From Parvibaculaceae bacterium (GTDB lineage: Bacteria; Pseudomonadota; Alphaproteobacteria; RS24; CBDDDD01), in contig OZ245362.1 of the NCBI GenBank assembly GCA_965226465.1, positions 571,258 through 635,257 of the forward strand: DNA of 64,000 nucleotides, in the 5' to 3' direction. Both the position numbers and the translations under genes were made by a program. Under the pieces are notes generated by a model. The model was not told where the DNA came from. It did no database searches and was given only the letters and a program-made list of their open reading frames with translations. Position 1 is the stretch's first letter. Each line of letters starts with the position of its first letter. This document shows positions 56,872-64,000 of the stretch, in pieces.

Positions 56872-59385
56872 ATGGATGTAATTGTTGTAGAGAGCCCTGC
56901 AAAGGCAGGAACGATTAATAAATATCTTGGTTCAAACGCTAAAGTGCTTGCCTCTTTTGGGCATATTCGTGACTTACCAAATGTCAATGGCTCGGTTGAC
57001 CCTGCAAATAATTTTGCGATGAAGTGGGAAGTTTCCCCAAAATCCTCCAAGCATATTAAAGAGATAAGCGAAGCGATGAAATCTGCTGACAGGTTGGTAC
57101 TTGCTACTGACCCTGACCGCGAGGGGGAAGCCATTTCATGGCATGTTTATGAGATATTGCAAAAAAAAGGATTGCTGGAAGGAAAAGAAATCTGCCGAGT
57201 TGCTTTTAATGCCATTACCAAGACTGCGGTTTTGGAGGCGATGAAACATCCGCGCGAGATTGATAAAAAACTGGTGGATGCTTATCTTGCCCGCCGTGCT
57301 CTTGATTATCTTGTTGGCTTCACGCTCTCACCGGTATTATGGCGCAAATTGCCGGGGTCGCGTTCGGCAGGGCGGGTACAATCTGTAGCTTTACGTCTTA
57401 TTTGCGAGCGGGAATTTGAAATTGAACGCTTTCAATCACAGGAATATTGGAGTGTAAAAACAAATTTTTCCTCACCGGATAATAAAGATTTCATTGCCAG
57501 CCTTACCCATTTAGACGGCGAGAAATTAGATAAGTTTTCTCTTACCAATTCCGAGGACGCCAATAGAGCAAAAAATAATATTGAAGCAGGCAGCTTTAGC
57601 GTTACCAAGGTTGAACAAAAGCCTGAAAAGAGAAGACCAAAAGCACCCTATACCACCTCTACCCTGCAACAGGATGCATCCACACGGCTTGGTTTTTCTG
57701 CAAGCGTTACCATGCAAATTGCACAAAGGCTTTATGAGGCAGGACACATTACCTATATGCGTACAGATAGTGTGCAAATTATCCCTGAAGCCATAGAAAC
57801 CATACGCCAAGCCATAGAGAATAATTTGAGTAAGGAATATATTCCCGCGAAACCAAATTTTTATAAAAGCAAGGCAAAAAATGCACAGGAAGCTCACGAA
57901 GCTATCCGCCCTACTCATCCCGAGAAATCCAAAGAAGAAATGAAAGCCCTGCTTGATACAGACCAATTTCGCCTCTTTGAGCTTATCTGGAACCGTACAC
58001 TGGCAAGCCAGATGGAAAATGCACAAATTGAGAGAACCATTGCAGAAATATCTTCTCAGGATGGAAAAACAAAGCTTCGTGCTAGCGGTAGTGTAATTAC
58101 TTTTCCAGGCTATCTCAAACTATATGAAGACAGGGTGAATAAAAACAAACAGGAAGAAGATAAAATTCTCCCTGCCCTTCAGGAAAATCAAGCCCTGCAG
58201 ATAAAGGAAGTGCTGCCCGAAGAGCATCACACGGAGCCACCCCCACGCTATGGCGAGGCAAGCCTTGTAAAGCGCATGGAAGAGCTTGGTATTGGACGCC
58301 CTTCCACCTATGCAAGCATTCTCTCAGTTCTTCCCAAACGCGGTTATGTAAATCTTGAAAAGAAACGTTTTCATCCAAGCGATAAGGGAAGGCTTGTTAC
58401 TTCCTTCCTTGAAAACTTTTTCACCCGTTATGTGGAATATGATTTCACCGCAGAGCTGGAAGAAAAGCTGGACAAGATTTCTAACGGAACAATTAACTGG
58501 CAGGATTTGCTGAATGATTTCTGGAAAAAATTTGAAAGCAATGTCAATGAAGCAATGGAGATACGCACGACAGAGATTTTAGACCGCCTGAATGAAGTTC
58601 TAGCTCCTTATATTTTCCCCGATAAAGGCGAAGGCGACCCCCGCCAATGCCCCAAATGTAAAGAAGGCGAGCTAAGCCTGAAAACAAGCCGTTATGGTGC
58701 CTTTATTGGCTGCACCCTTTATCCGGATTGCAATTTTACCCGCCCCTTTGCCGATAATGGTGACCAAGCAGATATAGAGCGTGAAATAGGCAAAGACTTA
58801 GAAAGCGGTAAAATTATCTTTTTGAAAACGGGGCGTTTTGGACCCTATCTCCAATTGGGAGAGGTAGAAGAAGGGGAGAAGCCTAAAAGGGTTTCCATTC
58901 CCAAAGGGATGTCCCCAACCGAGATTGATTTTGATACGGCCGCCAAGCTCATCTCTCTGCCTCGGATAATCGGCACCCATCCTGAGACAGGAAAAGAGAT
59001 TATTGCCAGCATTGGTCCCTATGGACCTTATCTCAAGCATGAGACCCTTTATGCCAATTTAGACGATCCGATGGAGCTATTTGACATTGGCGTCAACCGA
59101 GCGGTTACGCTTCTGGCAGAGAAAAAAAGCAAGGGCAGAGGAGCCGGCAATGCTACGATTAAGGAGCTTGGTGAACACCCTGAAAATAAGAAGCCTATAC
59201 GTGTTATGAATGGCCGCTTTGGACCCTATGTGAAGAATGCAAGCATTAACGCCACCATTCCTAAGGATGAAAACCCTGAGCAGATTACAATTGAGCGAGC
59301 TATTGAGCTTATTGCAGCACGGGCAGCTAAGGGACCACGCAAAAAGAAAAAAGCATCAAAAAAAACCAAAGCGAAAAATAAGTAA
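56872..59385 (+). CDS. topA: DNA topoisomerase I
   Basis: It has a TOPRIM N-terminus (VVVESPAKAGTINKYLG, LATDPDREGEAI) and the active-site region ITYMRTDS. A Cys4 zinc ribbon (CPKCKEG...CTLYPDC) and a Lys-rich C-terminus follow. Confidence 0.95.
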   Translation: MDVIVVESPAKAGTINKYLGSNAKVLASFGHIRDLPNVNGSVDPANNFAMKWEVSPKSSKHIKEISEAMKSADRLVLATDPDREGEAISWHVYEILQKKGLLEGKEICRVAFNAITKTAVLEAMKHPREIDKKLVDAYLARRALDYLVGFTLSPVLWRKLPGSRSAGRVQSVALRLICEREFEIERFQSQEYWSVKTNFSSPDNKDFIASLTHLDGEKLDKFSLTNSEDANRAKNNIEAGSFSVTKVEQKPEKRRPKAPYTTSTLQQDASTRLGFSASVTMQIAQRLYEAGHITYMRTDSVQIIPEAIETIRQAIENNLSKEYIPAKPNFYKSKAKNAQEAHEAIRPTHPEKSKEEMKALLDTDQFRLFELIWNRTLASQMENAQIERTIAEISSQDGKTKLRASGSVITFPGYLKLYEDRVNKNKQEEDKILPALQENQALQIKEVLPEEHHTEPPPRYGEASLVKRMEELGIGRPSTYASILSVLPKRGYVNLEKKRFHPSDKGRLVTSFLENFFTRYVEYDFTAELEEKLDKISNGTINWQDLLNDFWKKFESNVNEAMEIRTTEILDRLNEVLAPYIFPDKGEGDPRQCPKCKEGELSLKTSRYGAFIGCTLYPDCNFTRPFADNGDQADIEREIGKDLESGKIIFLKTGRFGPYLQLGEVEEGEKPKRVSIPKGMSPTEIDFDTAAKLISLPRIIGTHPETGKEIIASIGPYGPYLKHETLYANLDDPMELFDIGVNRAVTLLAEKKSKGRGAGNATIKELGEHPENKKPIRVMNGRFGPYVKNASINATIPKDENPEQITIERAIELIAARAAKGPRKKKKASKKTKAKNK

Positions 59386-61391
59386 TGAGAAGAAAATCAA
59401 TTTCTTCCGAACAAGCAAGCCTTCCCTCTGTTGGTGTCATAGAGATTGCAGAGCAGGATAAGGAGGGCATGTTTCATGCTCACGCTCTTTATAAGGGACA
59501 AAAAAAGAAATCCATTGACGTTCTGATTGTTTCTACAGGAAGAACAAGAAGGATAGAAAAAGGTGCCCGTGCCCTAGCACGCCTTAGACAAGTTTCAAAA
59601 AGAAAATATGAAGCAAAAATTATTCGTGTTTTTGAAGAAGAAAATCATAGCTTTCTTGGTGTCGTCCGCAAAAAGGGACATGATTATATTCTTATTCCTA
59701 CCGATAAAAGAGAACGCCGTGAGTTTCTACTAATCGGAGAGGGAGCTGAGAAGATAAAAGAAAACAGCCTTATCCGTGCAGAAAAGATGATATCCCGCAA
59801 ATGGGAGAAGAAAAAAGCCCGCTTTATTGAATATATTGGCAATATAAAAGAAAAAAATGCTTTCAGCCTGATAGCCCTTCATGAATATGGCTGGCATATA
59901 GATTTTTCTCCTCAATTATTGGAAGAAGCGGCACAAGCAAAGGCAAAAACAGTTAAGCGAGAAGATAAGCGGGATATCCCCTTCATCACCATAGACCCTG
60001 CCAATGCACGCGACCATGATGATGCCGTATGGGCCGAGGAAGAGAAAGATGGTTTTACGATATTTGTAGCCATTGCCGATGTAAGTGCATATGTGGCAGA
60101 AGGCAGTGCTCTTGATAAGGAAGCAAAAGAGCGTGGCAATAGCGTATATTTGCCTGACTGTGTCATTCCGATGTTGCCGGAGCATATTTCCAATATTCTC
60201 TGCTCGCTAAGAGAGGGGGAGGACAGACCCTTTCTTGGTGTGGAGATAAAGATTGATAAAAACGGCAAGAAAAAACAGCACCGCTTTGTAAGAGGTCTTA
60301 TGCGCTCCCATAGCAAGCTTTCCTATGAGCAGGCAGAGGCGATTATACAGGGCAAGGAAAAAACAAAGGATAAAAAGCTGGAAGAGGTTCTGCTTACCTT
60401 ATCTAAGGCATATAAATGCCTGGAAAAGGGTCAAAAAAAACACCCTCCCCTTAACCTGAATATTCCTGAAACCGAGATTACGCTGGATAAGCAAGGCAAG
60501 GTGAAACAGGTAAGCAAAACGAAACAATTGGCAACACATAAGCTCATTGAGATGTTTATGATAATTGCCAATATTTGTGCTGCCGAAACATTGGAGAAGC
60601 ATCAACGCAAATTTATCTATAGAGTGCATGATAAGCCTGTCCGTGAGAAATTGACAGACCTTGCCGAGATGTTGAAAGGCTTTTCTCTACGCCTTGATTT
60701 AGGACAACCCATCCGCCCCGATGTTTTTAATCATATTATAGCGAAAGCAAAGGGGAAAAATATTGAACACCTTGTCGGTGAATTAATATTGCGGTGCCAA
60801 TCTCAGGCGGTATATAGCACCCGAAATTTAGGGCATTTTGGATTATCCCTTGCGCATTATTCCCATTTTACCTCTCCTATCCGGCGCTATAGTGATTTGA
60901 CCTGTCACAGGGGTCTTATTGCAGCATTAACGCTTGGTGAAGATGGGATATCTGCAGGTGAGGAGAAGAAATTGGAGAAAATAGCGGAAAGCTTATCCGA
61001 AAAGGAACGCCGCGCCATGATGATAGAACGCTCCTCTGCCGACCGCTATCTGGCAAGTTTCCTGGAGCATAAAACAGGCGAGATTATGGAAGGTCGTATT
61101 CAGGGGCTAAACCGTGCAGGAATTTTTGTAGAGCTTGAAGAAAGCTATGCGCAAGGATTACTCCCTGCCCGCAAACTTGGCGCAGAGCCTTTTTACCATG
61201 ATGAAGCCTCCTCCTGTCTGCGCGGCAGGAATACGGGGCTATGCTTTCGCTTAGGGGATAGAGTAAGAGTAAGCCTTGATAGCGTACAGCCTCTTTCCGG
61301 CGGGATAATTTTCGGGCTTGTGGAAGGTGGCAAGCGGGAGAAGAAACTGCCTCGCCCTACCCGCATGAAACACTATCGCAAAAGACGATAA
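59385..61391 (+). CDS. rnr: 3'-5' exoribonuclease, RNase R/RNase II family
   Basis: It has the RNB domain motifs ITIDPANARDHDDAVW and HFTSPIRRYSDL, plus a C-terminal S1 domain (GRIQGLNRAGIFVEL). It is relatively short for RNase R (668 aa). The start overlaps the topA stop by 1 nt. Confidence 0.82.
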   Translation: MRRKSISSEQASLPSVGVIEIAEQDKEGMFHAHALYKGQKKKSIDVLIVSTGRTRRIEKGARALARLRQVSKRKYEAKIIRVFEEENHSFLGVVRKKGHDYILIPTDKRERREFLLIGEGAEKIKENSLIRAEKMISRKWEKKKARFIEYIGNIKEKNAFSLIALHEYGWHIDFSPQLLEEAAQAKAKTVKREDKRDIPFITIDPANARDHDDAVWAEEEKDGFTIFVAIADVSAYVAEGSALDKEAKERGNSVYLPDCVIPMLPEHISNILCSLREGEDRPFLGVEIKIDKNGKKKQHRFVRGLMRSHSKLSYEQAEAIIQGKEKTKDKKLEEVLLTLSKAYKCLEKGQKKHPPLNLNIPETEITLDKQGKVKQVSKTKQLATHKLIEMFMIIANICAAETLEKHQRKFIYRVHDKPVREKLTDLAEMLKGFSLRLDLGQPIRPDVFNHIIAKAKGKNIEHLVGELILRCQSQAVYSTRNLGHFGLSLAHYSHFTSPIRRYSDLTCHRGLIAALTLGEDGISAGEEKKLEKIAESLSEKERRAMMIERSSADRYLASFLEHKTGEIMEGRIQGLNRAGIFVELEESYAQGLLPARKLGAEPFYHDEASSCLRGRNTGLCFRLGDRVRVSLDSVQPLSGGIIFGLVEGGKREKKLPRPTRMKHYRKRR

Positions 61392-61454
61392 GGCTTGACT
61401 TATGCGGGATAAGTAGCGTAATTTTTGGCGGACTTACATATAGGGTTTAAGAAT

Positions 61455-61622
61455 ATGGCAAAAGCAGCAAGCATTAAAATTAAGCTGGAAAGCACCGAAG
61501 GTACGGGATATTTCTATGTAACCCGCAAAAATGCGCGCACCATGACAGAAAAAATGACTGTCCGCAAATATGACCCTGTTGCCCGCAAGCATGTTGTTTT
61601 CAAAGAAACAAAGATTAAATAG
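61455..61622 (+). CDS. rpmG: 50S ribosomal protein L33
   Basis: [55 protein letters not shown] is a 55-aa canonical L33. The track ORF starts earlier, at 61425. Confidence 0.9.
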   Translation: MAKAASIKIKLESTEGTGYFYVTRKNARTMTEKMTVRKYDPVARKHVVFKETKIK

Positions 61623-61998
61623 CTTCCGCAAAACGCTCCACGGTTTCCAAAAACAGATCTACAGGAACAGGCTTAGAAAGATAAGCATCTACACCCAATT
61701 TGCGGATACGTGCCTCATCACCGGACATAGCAAAAGCGGTAACCGCAACAATAGGGGTGTTTTGTAATTGCTTTATTTTTTTAATTTCCTCAATGGCAGA
61801 ATATCCGGATAGCTTTGGCAGCCGAATATCCATGAGAATAAGGTTTGGATTACATTCTCTTGCTATATCCACGCCCTCCCCTCCATCTTCTGCACGCAAT
61901 ACTTTATAACCATTATATTCAAGCAAATCGGTAAAAAGTCGCATAGATAATTCATTATCTTCAACAACGAGGATTGTTTTTTTGTTATTTTTTCCCAT
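61615..61998 (-). CDS. divK: Single-domain response regulator, DivK-like
   Basis: [32 protein letters not shown] and [27 protein letters not shown] closely resemble my recollection of Caulobacter DivK. It has a receiver domain only. The ATG at 61998 is preferred. Confidence 0.72.
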   Translation of the reverse strand: MGKNNKKTILVVEDNELSMRLFTDLLEYNGYKVLRAEDGGEGVDIARECNPNLILMDIRLPKLSGYSAIEEIKKIKQLQNTPIVAVTAFAMSGDEARIRKLGVDAYLSKPVPVDLFLETVERFAEAI

Positions 61999-62064
61999 AG
62001 TTTCCTTCCTTAGGATAGTGGTTGAGAGTATATTGTGAGGCATAAGGCTTATTGCGAGGTTAAA

Positions 62065-62343
62065 ATGAAGAGAGAAGATGCAGAAATTTTGGGATTATTA
62101 TTGCTGACCTATATAGCGGGCAATGAGGATTTATTCTCACGTTTTCAGGCACTAAGCGGGTTAGACACGGCAAGTCTTAAAGAACGGGCAAATTGCTCGG
62201 AAACGTTAGCTGGCATCATGGACTTCGTAATGGCAGAGGAAAAGGCGATAGAGGATTTTTGTACAAAGAACAATATCAGCAATGAAACCCTGATAGAAGC
62301 ACGCAACTTGCTCCCTGCAGGTGCAAATCCCCATTGGACATAA
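62065..62343 (+). CDS. DUF3572-type small protein
   Basis: It is about 92 aa. AEILGLLLLTYIAGNEDLFSRFQALSGLDTASLKERA and IMDFVMAEEKAIEDFC fit the DUF3572 pattern as I recall it. It is divergent from divK. Confidence 0.5.
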   Translation: MKREDAEILGLLLLTYIAGNEDLFSRFQALSGLDTASLKERANCSETLAGIMDFVMAEEKAIEDFCTKNNISNETLIEARNLLPAGANPHWT

Positions 62344-62344
62344 A

Positions 62345-62779
62345 ATGATAAAAAATTTAGAAGAAAAGTTAAAAAAACTGGGGCTTTCGCTGCCCGAAGC
62401 CAATGCGCCCATTGCTAATTATCTGCCCTATAATGCGCACCCTCCCCTTCTTTATGTTTCAGGGCAGCTTTCCACCATATGCGGGAAGTTAGACAAGGAG
62501 CTGAGCATAGAGCAAGGGCAAGAAGCCGCTAAAGAAGCCGTCCTCCATGTTCTTGCTCAGGCACATAAGGCAGAATTAGAAGTCACAAAATGTATAAGAT
62601 TAGCAGGATATATAAATGCAAGTGAAAGCTTCACCGAACATGCACAAGTAATGAATGGCGCCAGCGATATCATGGCAAAATTATTAGGGAAGCATGCAAG
62701 GGCTGCATTTGGTGTAGCGAGCTTGCCGCTTGGTGCAGCAATAGAAATTGAGGCTCAATTTGAGATAAAAGGAGCATAA
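62345..62779 (+). CDS. RidA/YjgF-family protein
   Basis: It is about 144 aa. LLYVSGQL, the size and the C-terminal LPLGAAIEIEAQFEI are typical of the family. Confidence 0.72.
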   Translation: MIKNLEEKLKKLGLSLPEANAPIANYLPYNAHPPLLYVSGQLSTICGKLDKELSIEQGQEAAKEAVLHVLAQAHKAELEVTKCIRLAGYINASESFTEHAQVMNGASDIMAKLLGKHARAAFGVASLPLGAAIEIEAQFEIKGA

Positions 62780-62782
62780 GCC

Positions 62783-63202
62783 ATGTATGATAAGGAAAAT
62801 ATTTTTGCTAAAATTTTGCGGGGAGATATCCCCTCCACCAAAGTCTATGAAGATGAATATACGCTTGCCATTATGGATGTCATGCCACAAGAGCAAGGAC
62901 ATGTTCTTGTTATTCCCAAGCTGGAAAGCGAGAATATTCTTGATGAGATGGGTGATGAGCATTCCTTAGCTCTCATGAAAGCGATGCAGAAAATTGCCCG
63001 CGCGACAAAAGAGGCGATGCAAGCTGACGGAATAACCATCCATCAGTTTAATGGCGAGGCAGGCGGACAAAGTGTGTTTCATTTGCATTTTCATATTATT
63101 CCACGCTTTGACGGAAAGCCCCTTGCTCCCCATAGCGAAAAAATGGCAGACCCTGGCGAGCTGAATGCAGTTGCAGAAAAAATAAGAAGCGCAATTCGCT
63201 AA
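62783..63202 (+). CDS. HIT-family nucleotide hydrolase (HinT-like)
   Basis: IFAKILRGDIPS, GHVLVIPK and the histidine triad HLHFHIIPR are present. Confidence 0.87.
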   Translation: MYDKENIFAKILRGDIPSTKVYEDEYTLAIMDVMPQEQGHVLVIPKLESENILDEMGDEHSLALMKAMQKIARATKEAMQADGITIHQFNGEAGGQSVFHLHFHIIPRFDGKPLAPHSEKMADPGELNAVAEKIRSAIR

Positions 63203-63246
63203 CCACAGCAATTATGCTAATAGACATGCAAGGAGTTTCTTAGAAA

Positions 63247-64000
63247 ATGAGCAAAGCAGTGCTAGAAAATATAAAGCAAGGCAAGCTGGATACCATAATT
63301 ATCTGTGCGCCTGACATGCAAGGGCGGCTTGTTGGCAAACGGGTTACAGGCAAGCATTTTTTAGAACATGCCCGTCATGAAACGCATGGTTGTAACTATT
63401 TGCTCACCGCTGATATGGAGATGGAGCCAGTGCCGGGTTATAAGCATGCAAATTGGCAGGATGGTTATGGCGATTTCATTTTTGTACCGGATATGAAAAC
63501 GCTTCGTGAAATTCCATGGCAGAAAAATACAGGGCTTGTTCTTTGTAACTGGATAAGTGAAAAGAAAAAAGCAATAGAAGTCGCCCCCCGCAGAATTTTA
63601 AAAAAACAAATAGCCCGTCTTAAAAGCAAGGGGTTTCTATGCAATATAGCGTCCGAGCTTGAGTTTTTTCTTTTCAAACAAAGCTTTGAGCAAGCAGCGA
63701 CACAAGCCTATCGCAATTTGACACCAAATGGTTGGTATATTCAGGATTATCATATCTTTCACACAAGCAAGGAAGAAGAATATATGAGAAGTTTGCGCAA
63801 TGGTCTTATGGGCGCAAATATTGAAGTGGAAGGCACGAAAGGAGAATGGGCACACGGACAGAGCGAGATTAATCTCCGTTTTCAAAACCCTCTTACTATG
63901 GCAGATAGCCATGTTATCACGAAAAATGCCGCCAAAGAAATTGCATGGCAATATGGGCAAGCAGTTACCTTTATGGCGAAATGGAGTGAGAAGCAGGCAG
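63247..64000 (+). CDS. Glutamine synthetase family protein (GlnA-like / gamma-glutamyl-amine ligase type), N-terminal part, continues past the window end
   Basis: Not in the ORF track because it is open at the window edge. The frame from ATG 63247 reads MSKAVLENIKQGKLDTIIICAPDMQGRLVGKRV ... ASELEFFLF ... GTKGEWAHGQSEINLRF, which shows the GS beta-grasp and catalytic-domain motifs. Confidence 0.8.
   Translation, partial: MSKAVLENIKQGKLDTIIICAPDMQGRLVGKRVTGKHFLEHARHETHGCNYLLTADMEMEPVPGYKHANWQDGYGDFIFVPDMKTLREIPWQKNTGLVLCNWISEKKKAIEVAPRRILKKQIARLKSKGFLCNIASELEFFLFKQSFEQAATQAYRNLTPNGWYIQDYHIFHTSKEEEYMRSLRNGLMGANIEVEGTKGEWAHGQSEINLRFQNPLTMADSHVITKNAAKEIAWQYGQAVTFMAKWSEKQA

Noticed and set aside
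1-64000. I searched the whole window for CRISPR arrays, IS elements or transposases, prophage genes, rRNA and additional tRNAs.
   Set aside because: None were seen. No intergenic region exceeds about 185 nt. I noticed no short direct-repeat arrays, and no ORF translation shows transposase, integrase or phage structural motifs.

Overview
The window is a densely coding chromosomal segment with short or overlapping gene junctions. Gene content and order look alphaproteobacterial: pdxJ-acpS-lepB-rnc-era-recO-parC, rpoZ-spoT-pyrE, glyA-nrdR-ribD-ribE-ribBX-ribH-nusB-thiL, gatCAB, and a DivK-like regulator. I call 65 CDS (two run off the window edges), one tRNA-Ser(GCU), two Zur-box operators, one terminator and one paralogous repeat pair. 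I saw no rRNA, CRISPR array, IS element, transposase or integrase. Most of the window is housekeeping. Six segments look accessory or unusual. (1) 36.3-43.1 kb is a consolidated zinc locus. It holds divergent znuA and zur-znuCB around a perfect palindromic Zur box, a MacB/FtsX-type ABC transporter plus a DUF3299 protein co-oriented with znuA, and a second Zur-like box in front of a His-rich, non-TonB outer-membrane beta-barrel. (2) 43.3-46.9 kb is an exported Cys-type sulfatase plus two tandem SASA-type esterase paralogs. (3) 46.9-49.0 kb is a markedly AT-rich cassette wedged against gatB. It has a restriction-endonuclease-fold/DUF4268 protein overlapping a HIRAN-domain protein, and a divergent 120-aa ORF. 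This is my best candidate for an undescribed DNA-targeting or defence-type module. (4) 20.6-23.3 kb is an 898-aa Tat-exported PhoD-like metallophosphatase appended to a TRAP transporter operon. (5) 13.4-15.4 kb is a lipidated subtilisin-type autotransporter. (6) Two enzyme domains are degenerate: the RibBX C-terminal domain and a PyrC-prime dihydroorotase-like protein. All calls rest on reading the translations and sequence by eye. No database search was run.
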